Below are positions 49,176 to 58,653 of a stretch of DNA of 64,000 bases, one piece after another (position 1 is the stretch's first letter; every line of letters begins with the position of its first letter). The stretch lies in the NCBI GenBank assembly GCA_965198005.1, contig CBDAOI010000003.1, forward strand, positions 992,001 to 1,056,000, in the 5' to 3' direction. The notes beneath the pieces were generated by a model. The model made no database searches, was not told where the DNA came from, and saw only the letters and a list, made by a program, of their open reading frames with translations. This stretch comes from Spirochaetia bacterium (GTDB taxonomy: Bacteria > Spirochaetota > Spirochaetia > SZUA-6 > Bin103). The position numbers and the translations under genes are program-made.

Positions 49176-50459
49176 TCACGACGCTGCCAGAACCAATACC
49201 CAGTCCTGCAGAATCGGGGTGTCGGGAACGAGCCATTCGCCGTCGGCGGTCGGAGTTACGTCACCGAGCGGGAATTCTCTCCCGGCTATCGGGTCCAGGT
49301 AGCAGGCGCGGTACCTGACCTGCGGTTCGAGCCGGCGGACGAGGGGCCCCCTGACGCCTTTCAGCCAGGTTCTCATCACCTTGGTGGAGCGCGGGAAGTA
49401 GAACACGCGCAGCTCGCCGGGAATGCCGGCGGCATACGGTCTGAACCACAGTTCGTCGGTCGCCGCCGGGAAGATCCATTCCGGGTGCGGCTCGAACCGC
49501 CACCACGGGTAACGCTCCAGTAGCTGCTTGCCGAGCCCCACCTGCTTCGAGCCGGGGAAGCCGGCCGCTTTCTGCCAGGAGGTGTCGCCCCAGGTAGAGC
49601 CGGGCGGAGAGGCGCCGAACGGCGCATCTGGGCGGTTGAACTGCCACATGCCGTCGTCTTCCTCATGGTCCTGCTGGATCATGAAGAAGTCGAAGATCGG
49701 CTCCAGTTCTCCGGCCACCGGGAAGATCCAGGCGCCGTTGTCGGGGATGGCGCCGGGATGGACCGTCAGCAGCCGCTGATAGGGATCGATCTGCTTGACG
49801 TAGCGCGCGGTGTCGTTCAGCGTTGTTTTCTGCTCCTGGCGGGCCTGCTCCTTGTCGTCCGCCAGATACCACGGCATGTTGCCTTCGCCGCAGAGCGTCC
49901 AGACGACGGGGTAGCCGCCGTAGCGGGCGATCAGGTAGCGCCAGAACCCGGCGGCGAAGTGGATCACGTTGAACCCCTTGGCCTTGCGGTCCTGCGCCAA
50001 CCACTTGAACTCGTCCGGCCAGCGCAACCGGCTGCTCATGGCGTGCCACCAATCGTCCGCCAGCCAGAGCAACGGGGTGCCGTCGGCGTGCTGCAGGTAG
50101 CGTCCGTTGGGGGCAACCTCAAGCGCGCCGCGGCGGAGCAGCAGGTTGTCACCGTCGTAGGGGACGATTGCCTGGGCGTCGATCATCCCGCCGCCGGCCG
50201 CGAGCGCCGCATCGCTCCCCCTGGTCACCTCGAGCCTGAACCGGTGCCGTCCCGGCACCCTCGGCGCAAACCTGAGCTTCCACTGCGTCCCGCCGGCCCA
50301 GAAGCAGGGAACCCGGCGGCGGCCGCCACCGGGCTCGTCCACCATGGCGTCCACTTCAAGCTCATTGAAGGGGTCCCGGTGGGCTCCGGTGGCGGCGAAC
50401 GCAATCTCCGTGACTACGTTGGTTACCGCCTCGTACGTATCAGGGCCGTCAGTAGCCAA
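49176..50459 (-). CDS. DUF5060 + DUF4038 (apiosidase/GH140-like) protein, apparently internally deleted
   Basis: RDPFNELEVDA...PCFWAGGTQWKLRFAP; NGRYLQHADGTPLLWLADDWW; FWRYLIARYG..VVWTLCGE; C-terminal QDWVLVL. Confidence 0.75.
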   Translation of the reverse strand: MATDGPDTYEAVTNVVTEIAFAATGAHRDPFNELEVDAMVDEPGGGRRRVPCFWAGGTQWKLRFAPRVPGRHRFRLEVTRGSDAALAAGGGMIDAQAIVPYDGDNLLLRRGALEVAPNGRYLQHADGTPLLWLADDWWHAMSSRLRWPDEFKWLAQDRKAKGFNVIHFAAGFWRYLIARYGGYPVVWTLCGEGNMPWYLADDKEQARQEQKTTLNDTARYVKQIDPYQRLLTVHPGAIPDNGAWIFPVAGELEPIFDFFMIQQDHEEDDGMWQFNRPDAPFGASPPGSTWGDTSWQKAAGFPGSKQVGLGKQLLERYPWWRFEPHPEWIFPAATDELWFRPYAAGIPGELRVFYFPRSTKVMRTWLKGVRGPLVRRLEPQVRYRACYLDPIAGREFPLGDVTPTADGEWLVPDTPILQDWVLVLAAS

Positions 50460-52218
50460 GCTTCTGCTTCAGCTCCTGGTCGATCCACAGCCGGGCGATC
50501 ATGGGCGTGTAGTTGGCGCGCGCGCCATTGATCTCGCCGTAGTAGTTCCGTACCCACGGCCAGTACGCGTTTATGAGATAGGGAATCGGGAAGGGGATGT
50601 ACGGCAGCGCCTCATGCTTGTAGATGCCCAACTCTTGAATGATCGCGGTGCGCTCGGCCGCGTCCCGCGAGGCCACCGCTTTGTGGTACTGGTCTTCGTA
50701 CCAACTCCCGTCCACGCTCTCACCGTAGTCCCACTCGGCATAGTTCTTGACCCAGCTGAACTCGATCAGACTCGGGTCGCCGACGCCGCCGCCGCCGCCG
50801 TGATAGATGTAGTACAGCGAGTCGTCATACTCGTGTCCGTGCAGCCGGGCCAGCAGGCCGACCAGCTCGACCGGTATGATCTCGACTTCGACGCCGATGT
50901 CGGCCCACATCGCCTTCACCATCGCCAGCGTATCCTGATGCTCGACGTTGCCCGCTTCCGAGTAGAGCTTCATCGCAAAGCCGTCGGAGTAGCCGGCCTC
51001 GGCCAGCATCTGCTGCGCCTTTTCGGGGTCGTACGTATACAGCTCCTGGATCGTCGGCGAGAGCTGTTCCAGGGGCGTGAACGGGGGTGTGCCGGGCTTG
51101 TACGGGTAGGCGAATACCTCGGCCGCGCCGTAGATCGACGAGGCGATCGATTCCAGGTCGAGCCCGATCATCAGCGCGCGCCGTACGTTCAGGTCGCCGA
51201 ACGGTTCCTGGGTCATCTTCATGCCCAGCGCCCCGCCCAGCGTGGTCAGATACCGCTGCTGGATCAGCTCGGGCGAGGTCTTGGTCAGCGTTGCGGAGTA
51301 CCTGAGCGGAATGTACTGGTGCCAGTCGAGCTTGCCGGTGCGCAGCAGAGCCAGTTGGGTCGACTCGTCGGGAATGACCGGAAAGATCAGCTCGTCGATG
51401 AACGGCATCTGGTACTCCTGGCCGTCGACGGTCGTGGTTCCCCAGTAGTCGGGGTTGCGCGCGTAGGTGGCCTGGGAGCCGGCGGCGTAGTCGGTGAGGA
51501 TGAACGGCCCGGTGCCGGATTGGTTCTGCCAGATGGTATGATCGGTATCCAGCAGTTCCGGCGCGTACATCTGCGCCAGGAAGCCGTAGCCGAAGTCCTG
51601 CGCCCAGCCGGGCGTGAAGGCGTTCATCTCAACCACCAGGGTGTGGGTGTCGGCGGCGACGAAGGCGTCGATGTAGTCGTAGGTGGGGCTGCCCCAGCCG
51701 TCCTCGCGGGCGATGCCGACGTTGCGGGTCAGGCTGCGGGCGGCGTCGGCCGCGGTAAACTCGCGCGGCTCGAAGCCGATGTTGGCGTTGCCGGTCCACA
51801 TCACTCCCCGGCGGATGGCGAAGCTCAGGGTCAGGGGCTCGGCCCAGGTCCAGCTTTCGGCGAGCTGGCCGGTCAGGTACTCCTCGGGCGTGTGCCACAT
51901 CGAGCCGGTAAATTCGTACTCGCCGGTGCCGCGCGGGCCGTAGGTTTCGATGTCGCCGATGAACAGTCTCTCCATGTAGGGAGCGCCCCACACGCGCGTG
52001 ACGTAGCCGACACGCATGCCGTCCCAGTTCCCCGGCGGTCCCTCGCCGCCCCAGTCGAACTTCATGGTGAGGGTTCCCCCATACCGGGGTCCGGCCGGTC
52101 CCGCCATCTCGTCGGCGGCTGCGGCGCTGCCGCTCTCGTCGCCGCCGGCGGCAAACGCGGGAGTTGCTGCCAACACGCACGCCTGGATCACCATCCGGAT
52201 CAAAGACCTGGTCTGCAT
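50449..52218 (-). CDS. Family-5 ABC solute-binding protein
   Basis: PRYGGTL, GQLAESW, GTGPF, DLNVRRALMIGLD, ARLWIDQELKQKLGY; 589 aa, intact. Confidence 0.93.
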   Translation of the reverse strand: MQTRSLIRMVIQACVLAATPAFAAGGDESGSAAAADEMAGPAGPRYGGTLTMKFDWGGEGPPGNWDGMRVGYVTRVWGAPYMERLFIGDIETYGPRGTGEYEFTGSMWHTPEEYLTGQLAESWTWAEPLTLSFAIRRGVMWTGNANIGFEPREFTAADAARSLTRNVGIAREDGWGSPTYDYIDAFVAADTHTLVVEMNAFTPGWAQDFGYGFLAQMYAPELLDTDHTIWQNQSGTGPFILTDYAAGSQATYARNPDYWGTTTVDGQEYQMPFIDELIFPVIPDESTQLALLRTGKLDWHQYIPLRYSATLTKTSPELIQQRYLTTLGGALGMKMTQEPFGDLNVRRALMIGLDLESIASSIYGAAEVFAYPYKPGTPPFTPLEQLSPTIQELYTYDPEKAQQMLAEAGYSDGFAMKLYSEAGNVEHQDTLAMVKAMWADIGVEVEIIPVELVGLLARLHGHEYDDSLYYIYHGGGGGVGDPSLIEFSWVKNYAEWDYGESVDGSWYEDQYHKAVASRDAAERTAIIQELGIYKHEALPYIPFPIPYLINAYWPWVRNYYGEINGARANYTPMIARLWIDQELKQKLGY

Positions 52219-52632
52219 CCAATACGTGGCACCGTGCGGTGCCGGTGTGTTGCTTCAGCCCGTCCGGGCTTCAGTGCGGCAGAAGATGCGGCGTGCGCCG
52301 GCGAACTACGCGTTGGCGGACAAAGGGCTGCCCGACGCTGCTGCGGGTGCTGCGGCTCGGTCAGGCGTCGGAGGCGCCGGGATGCGTAGCAGGCGCGGTC
52401 GCTGCCGCCGTGCTCTCCTGCGGCCGTTCAAGCACCATATCCGAATACCGGCCGGCGGTCAAGCTGATCAACCGAGCAATCGCTACCGTGGGCAACCCTG
52501 GGCGGCTTTCCCTACCGGATGACGTAGTGCGGCGACGGGCCGACTAAACCGAGGGGGCTACCCAGCCATGGCGACGACGTAGTAGGCGTAGCCCCGTTTG
52601 GCGCGCCGTGCTCGTAGCGGCAGCAGCGCGGG

Positions 52633-53130
52633 CTACGGAAGGATGGCCTCCATGACCGGCAGCATGACCGGGATCAGCACCGCCGCCGCTGCCATTACCG
52701 CTACAATCCACCGGGTCTGTACCACAATCTCCTTGTGGACGACGGTGATCTCGTTGCGGAGACGCGCTTCTACGCCGGCGATCTCAGTTCGTACGCCGGC
52801 GATCTCAGTTCGTACGCCGGCGATCTCGTTGCTGAGTCGCGCCTCTACGCCGACGACCTCCTGACGTACGTCGGCGATCTCCTTGCCCAACCCGCCCCGT
52901 ACGTCGGCGATCTCCACACGTAATCCGGAGATCTCCTTGCGCGTCCGCTGTTCCGATTCCGCGACGTGACGGAGAAACCGTTCCTCCAGCAGTTGGAACA
53001 AATGCTCTTTCTGGACCTCGCGCCGCTCTTCCTGGTCATCTTCGAACTGGCGCAGCATCTCCACCAGGGACGCGGTCGCAACGTCCCCCAGGCGCTCCTG
53101 CAGTGGGCGTGGCACCGAAAGCACAGCCAT
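52633..53130 (-). CDS. LA_3696/DUF1640-like coiled-coil protein with C-terminal TM helix
   Basis: VPRPLQERLGDVATASLVEML N-terminus, EIAxVRx heptads, QTRWIVAVMAAAAVLIP anchor. Confidence 0.7.
   Translation of the reverse strand: MAVLSVPRPLQERLGDVATASLVEMLRQFEDDQEERREVQKEHLFQLLEERFLRHVAESEQRTRKEISGLRVEIADVRGGLGKEIADVRQEVVGVEARLSNEIAGVRTEIAGVRTEIAGVEARLRNEITVVHKEIVVQTRWIVAVMAAAAVLIPVMLPVMEAILP
52771..52827. repeat. 21-bp coding tandem repeat TACGCCGGCGATCTCAGTTCG (2.7 copies; encodes EIAGVRT)
   Basis: Copies at 52771, 52792 and a partial one at 52813. Confidence 0.95.
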
Positions 53131-53300
53131 GGCTCGCGTCGATCCTACCCCGAGCGTCGGTCAGCGTCCACTGCGTCCGGCGCCTCCGGTGCGGCTGATG
53201 GGAGCATCGAGACGTTCTGGTCTTCCAGGATAGCGCTCCGGATAGTCTCCCGTCGGATCGTACTGCCAGTACTCCCGCTCCGCGCCCTCCGCCATGGTCG

Positions 53301-53969
53301 TCAGGCGCCCGCCGGGTTGAGGGTGGCGGTGGCGAACACGACGTGGAACGGTTTGCAGTAGATCACCACGCTGGCGTAAGCCGTGAGATCGGTGTCGGCC
53401 GGGATCTCGTAGTTCTGGTCGCCGACGTTGCCCTTGAGCGAGCCCAGGTCGAGGTAGTCGCCGAGGTCGTGGCGATTCGTGGGCTGGGGCGCGGCGGCCA
53501 GCAGGACGTGCAGGTCGGGGCCGTTGGTGGCATTGAACTCCTCGAAGCGCAGCACGTGGCCGATGCCGGGGATATCGTACAGCTTGGCCGTGCCGCTGCC
53601 CTTGTGGAACCGGTCGGCGTCCTGAAACTCGCCGCTGGCCAGCAGTTGCGGCGCGCCGGGCATCGGCTCGACCATCTGCTGGTCGGGCATCGCCGCCGCG
53701 AACCGCTCCACGTCCTTGCGGATGCGCTCCCGCACCCGTTCGGGCAACTCTTCCATCGCGTCCGGGGTGGGGAGGGCGTCCATGATATCGCGCTCCATGG
53801 CGTCCATCTCCGCCGCCGACATGCGTTTCATCTCCGCCGCTCTCGGCACCTCGACCGGAAACGCCTCGCTCACCGTCCGATTGATGAACAGCGGCGATGC
53901 CAGGTACCACCCCACGACCACCACAACCGCGGCCGCAACCGCTCCAACTACCAGTCCACGCCGATTCAT
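53301..53969 (-). CDS. DM13 domain membrane-anchored protein
   Basis: WYLASPLFINRTVSE, GEFQDADRFHKGSG, NGPDLHVLL, LGSLKGNVGDQNY, VIYCKPFHVVFATA. Confidence 0.9.
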   Translation of the reverse strand: MNRRGLVVGAVAAAVVVVVGWYLASPLFINRTVSEAFPVEVPRAAEMKRMSAAEMDAMERDIMDALPTPDAMEELPERVRERIRKDVERFAAAMPDQQMVEPMPGAPQLLASGEFQDADRFHKGSGTAKLYDIPGIGHVLRFEEFNATNGPDLHVLLAAAPQPTNRHDLGDYLDLGSLKGNVGDQNYEIPADTDLTAYASVVIYCKPFHVVFATATLNPAGA

Positions 53970-54079
53970 GGGTGCAGTGTACTCTACTCGCGGCCAGGGA
54001 GTCCGCCGCCGGTGGGCGCCCCGGCCGCCGCCTGCGCCTGCCCGTGCCATGTCACCGGCACGCACCCGAAGGAGGTTGC

Positions 54080-54775
54080 CGGCTCGGGCAGGTGGGCATC
54101 CCGCTCCTGCAGTACAACTGGGTGATCGGGGCGGGCGCCGGGTTCTCCAACTGGCGCACCTCGGAAACCACGCCGGGGCGCGGCGGCGCGCTGCTGTCGA
54201 GCTTCGACTACGAGCAGGTCAGGATGCGCCGCTCACCGCGTTCGGGCGGATCGGGGAACGGGAGATGTGGGACAACCTGGCCTATTTCCTGCGGGCGGTG
54301 ATCCCGGTGGCGGAAGCGGTCGGCGTGCGCATGGTGGTGCATCCGGCGGATCCGCAGGTGCCCAGCCTGGCCGGCATCGCGCGCATCCTGCGCAGCTCGG
54401 CCGACTACGACCGGCTGTTCGACCTGGTGCCGAGCGCCCACAACGCGATGGTGTTCTGTCTGGGCTGTTTCGCGCAGATGCTCGACAGCGACGGCGTCTA
54501 CGACGCGATTCGCCACTTCGGCGGGTGCGGCCGGATCGGCTACGTCCACTTCCGTAACGTGACCGGGACGCTCGAGCGGTTCACCGAGGTGTATCCCGAC
54601 GAAGGCAAGCTCGACATGGCCGCGGTGATGCGCATCTTCGACCAGCTCGGGTACGACGGCCACGTCATCCCCGACCACACGCCGCACGGGACCGGCGATT
54701 CGGCCATGGGCCACCGGGGGTTCGCGTTCGAGATCGGCTACATGAGGGGCCTCATGCAGGCGGTGGCGTCGCATG
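54080..54775 (+). pseudogene. Mannonate dehydratase (UxuA-like), N-truncated and frameshifted
   Basis: GIPLLQYNW...GRGGA, then MWDNLAYFLRAVIPVAE..VHPADP, YVHFRNV, IPDHTP, AFEIGYMRGL. Confidence 0.85.
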
Positions 54776-55993
54776 AACCAGACATGATGGCGACCGAGCA
54801 GCGCGCCTATACCGAGATGGACCGCGAGAACATCATGCGGGCGCTGGGCCTCGACCAGCCGCTGCACGTCCAGTACCTGCGCTGGATCGGCGACCTGGTG
54901 CTGCGCGGCGATCTGGGCACCTCCCTGTGGTCGAGCGAAAAGTGTCGGCCGAAATCATGCGCCGGATCCCGGTAACCGTGGAGCTGGTGCTGCTCGCGAC
55001 CATCCTGACCACCCTGGTGGCGATCCCGATCGGGGTGTACTCGGCGATCCGGCAGGATACGCTCGGCGACCATTGCGCGCGGGTCGCCGCCACCCGCCCT
55101 GCGCACCGGCAAGGCCGACGCCATGTTCTCGGTGCCGTGGGAATCGCGCGCCAGCCTGGAACGCACCAGTCCCGATCTCAACCAGTGGGAGTTCGACAAC
55201 TGGGGCAGCTTCATGATCGGGATGCGCAACGATACGGCGCCGTACGACGACCTCCGCGTGCGGCAGGCGCTGGCTGCGGCGATCGACATGCGGACCATCA
55301 TCGACAACGTGTTCGGCGGCAGCGGCGTCATGCTCAACCAGCCGTTCCCGGCGGTCTGGCCGGAGACCTTCTACACGCCGCTCGACCAGTTGAACGCGGA
55401 CACCCAGCGGGCCTACTCCTACGACCCGGACTGGGCGCGTGAGCTGCTGGCCGAGGCGGGGTATCCGGACGGCTTCGAGACCGAGATCATCCTCCCGCCC
55501 TCGGGCCGCGCGGTGGACCTGTTCTCGCTGATCGCGAGCTACTGGGCGGAAATCGGCGTTACGCTGGAGCTCCAGCCGACCGACGAGGCGACCATCCGCA
55601 ACCTCGAACGGACGCGGGGGCACACGCACATGATCTCCTACGAGGGCAGCTCGCCCCATCCGGGCGAGGCGATCTGGGCCAGTTGGGGCCGGCGTGATCC
55701 GGCTCACCCGGGCCCTGGCCGCGGACAACATCAACGTCAACTGCATCTGCCCCGGGGTGGTGTACGGCGCGACGTGGGAATGGCTGGCGGCAAAGAAGAT
55801 GCAGTACGATCCCGCGACCGCGGGCATGGACCCGAAGGACTACTTCGACCGCTACGTCGGCTCCGCCGGGCCGCTCCAACGCCCGCAGGACCCCGAGGAC
55901 GTGGGCAACGCCGTGGTGTTCCTGGCCTCGGAAGCGGCCCGCAACATCACCGGCCAGGCGCTGAACGTCAACGGCGGCCGGCTCATGCTGTAG
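54776..55993 (+). pseudogene. Concatenated fragments: dppB (about 54776-55075), SBP (about 55090-55690), SDR C-terminus (about 55695-55993)
   Basis: LGLDQPLHVQYLRW / IPVTVELV; DLRVRQALAAAID..YDPDWARELLAEAGY; NINVNCICPG...ITGQALNVNGG. Confidence 0.8.
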
Positions 55994-56016
55994 GCACGCC
56001 GGCGAAGTGCGACTGA

Positions 56017-56045
56017 TTGACGACCTTCAGGTGGGGCGATATACT
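56017..56045 (+). promoter_or_regulatory. Putative sigma70 promoter
   Basis: TTGACG (56017-22), 17 bp, TATACT (56040-45). Confidence 0.65.
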
Positions 56046-56092
56046 CGATACCGTATCGGTTTCGGACGCGATGATCCTGACGGAGAACCACA

Positions 56093-56629
56093 ATGGCAGA
56101 CAAATACTTCGACGACTTCGTAAACAAGCAGTTGGAGCTAGCCAACACTAGTCCGTCAATCGACTGGACTGCGATGCGTGATGACTGGCTGAAACATCTG
56201 GATGAATTCTATGATTCGGTCAGGCAGTTTCTCGGAGACTACATCGATAAAGACAAAATACGTGTTAAGTGTACCCCAAAGCAGATCAGTGAAGAACACA
56301 TTGGTAGTTCTGAAGCGCAATCACTTGAGGTGCAGATTGGACCCGCAAGAATCGGCTTCGATCCCGTCGGCACAAATCTGATTGGGGCCAGAGGTCGTGT
56401 CGACATGCATGGACCGTATGGTTCGGTTAAATTTGTCTTCGTGCCGAAACAGAACCCCCAGAATCGAATATCCATCCAAGATGCGCCGCTCGAAGAACAC
56501 AGACGCGTGGATATGTCTGGTGAAGAATGGGCGTGGAAAATCTCGACACCGCCTCCAAGCATACGATACATCGAGCTTGAAGAGGAATCATTCCTTTCGG
56601 CGATTATGGAAGTCGCTAGTGCCTCGTAG
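56093..56629 (+). CDS. Hypothetical protein (A/T-rich), followed by an overlapping truncated second ORF
   Basis: 178 aa IDWTAMRDDWLKHLDEFY...EEHIG...PVGTNLIGARGRVDM; own promoter and GGAG RBS; next ORF VPRRFTRIGFSGKHLEL starts at 56619 and is cut near 56695. Confidence 0.75.
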   Translation: MADKYFDDFVNKQLELANTSPSIDWTAMRDDWLKHLDEFYDSVRQFLGDYIDKDKIRVKCTPKQISEEHIGSSEAQSLEVQIGPARIGFDPVGTNLIGARGRVDMHGPYGSVKFVFVPKQNPQNRISIQDAPLEEHRRVDMSGEEWAWKISTPPPSIRYIELEEESFLSAIMEVASAS

Positions 56630-56699
56630 GTTCACACGGATAGGGTTCTCTGGCAAACATCTCGAACTCGTAGATATCGACCGCTACTATAGAGGGCAG

Positions 56700-57320
56700 G
56701 TGGGCATACATCATCACGTCTCTGAACGGCGTATTGCCCAGGGAGTACTGGGAGGATGATTCGATCAACAAGGAAGACTGGCACAACCACATGGGCTCGG
56801 GACCGTTCTGGCCCACGGACGTCGTAGAAGGCAGTCACGTAACCTACGACAAGAACCCGAACTACTGGCAGACCGATCCGTTCCATCCCGAAAACCGCGT
56901 ATCCCGATGAGGCCGAAAAGCTCCTCGATGAAGCAGGCTACGCGCGCGGCGACGACGGCATTCGGTTCGAGACCAGCATCATTGCGGACCCCCAAGCCTC
57001 GGAGCATTACGAAGCATTCCTGGGTTACCTGGAGGATGTCGGCATTCGCGTCAATTCCGACATGATGCCGGATGGCTATACCGGCATCGGCGCACATGAT
57101 CACGGCGGTACCGGCGTCGGCGTGATGGCGGTCATGGTGTGGAACGCACCGTGGCGTCCGTACTACGCCTACGGCAGGGTCGACGGTACTCCGGAATCCG
57201 ACCAGCTGAAGGAGATCTGGGAAGCCGTCAACCTGACCATGGATCCTGACGAGCACGCCCGGCTGTGGCAGGATCTTCACCTGTTCTGGATGCGGCAGTT
57301 GTGGTTCGGACCGGAAGCGA
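56700..57320 (+). pseudogene. Family-5 SBP C-terminal fragments
   Basis: YDKNPNYWQTDP, AEKLLDEAGYARGDDGIRFET, TMDPDEHARLWQDLH. Confidence 0.7.
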
Positions 57321-57747
57321 CTTGCGAACGATGTGCTCACGCATCATCATCTCCTCTTTGGACGGGACGGCGAACTGGCCGCCCCGTGAAACAGCGGCGT
57401 CCATCGCGGAAAGAGCGCACGCAGTCGAGTATCGTGCTCTTGGCGTCCCCTTCCTACGTCGATGACAGGTGGATCATGGTCAGTATAACTGATGACACAC
57501 GGGTCGTCTACATGACCTACCATGACGCCATGACATTGATGTCTTCGGATTACACCCATTGCGCACGGGGGGGCGTGTGTGACAGATGATTGGTATTCAT
57601 CGCGGCGGCACCGGCGCCGACCGCCGGCACCTCCTGCAGCCGGACGCGGAGGTAATTGGCGTTAAGCGACCTGCCCGATCCGCGGCTGAGACGTGGAGGC
57701 GGCGGTCTCGGTGCCTGCCGATACCGGCACTCGACCGGCGGGACGAG

Positions 57748-58500
57748 TCAGGCGCGGCGCGGGTGAACCTTGGCCACGGCGAGCAGCGACTCCACGCAGC
57801 CCCGCAGCGACTCGTCGAACGGGCGGAAGCGTACGCCGTCAGCACCGTGGCCAAGCTGGAGGTCACGACCACTCGGCCCACGGTCTCGAACCGGGCGATG
57901 CTGGCGATGGTGTGATCGCAGACCATGCGCACGCGTCGCAGCGCGTCAAGGTGTCAGCGCGTCGGGGTAGTACGTCCGGTGCGCGCGGCCTCGACCGCGT
58001 CCGTCACCTCGGCGCGCTTGGCGCTGCTCTCGGCTGCGTTGCGACCGCAGATCTGGCCACCGTCGATCACGATGTCCTGGCCGGTCACGAAGCTGGCGTC
58101 GTCGCTGGCCAGGTAGAGTGCGCCCTTGGCGATGTCGTCGGGGAAGCCGGAGCGGGTCAGGGCGACCCGGCGCTTCAGGACCTCGGCCAGGGCCGCCAGA
58201 CTGCGCTCGGTGGCCGCGGCATCGAGGCCGCCGCCCCAGAAGATCGGCGTCGCGATCGCGGCGAGATGCTGTTGACCCGGATGTTGCACGGGCCCAGCTC
58301 CACCGCCGCCACGCGCGTGGCCGCCACCACCGCCGCCTTGGCCGCGCTGTAGAGGATGGACCCGTGGCCGACGCGGTGGGCGGCGACGCTGGCGTTGTTG
58401 ACGATCGAGCCGCCGCCCCCGCGTTTCATGTGCGGGACGGTGTGCTTGATCGCCAGCAGCACGCTGTTGAACAGCAGCTCCGACGTTTCGGCTTCCGCGG
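57748..58500 (-). pseudogene. Collapsed near-identical copy of the epimerase/SDR locus at 62577-64000
   Basis: 57748-57838 matches 62577-62668, 57839-57932 matches 63245-63338, 57933-58235 matches about 63699-64000; further SDR pieces (GGGSIVNNAS, YSAAK) continue to 58500. Confidence 0.88.
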
Positions 58501-58653
58501 CTTCCGCAGCAACCAGGAGGTTGCGGCCAAGTACTTCAGGGATGAAGCCGCCCCGGACTTGAGCACGGCTTGCAACGACCATCCTTCGTTGTTCGAGCGT
58601 TGGCGACACCACGGGCGTGTTCCGGACCGAGTGCCGGCCAGACCGATCCGCTG

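Noticed and set aside
53716-56016. UxuA-DppB and SBP-SDR fusion ORFs
   Set aside because: Each part is an incomplete fragment joined at abrupt junctions; not plausible proteins.
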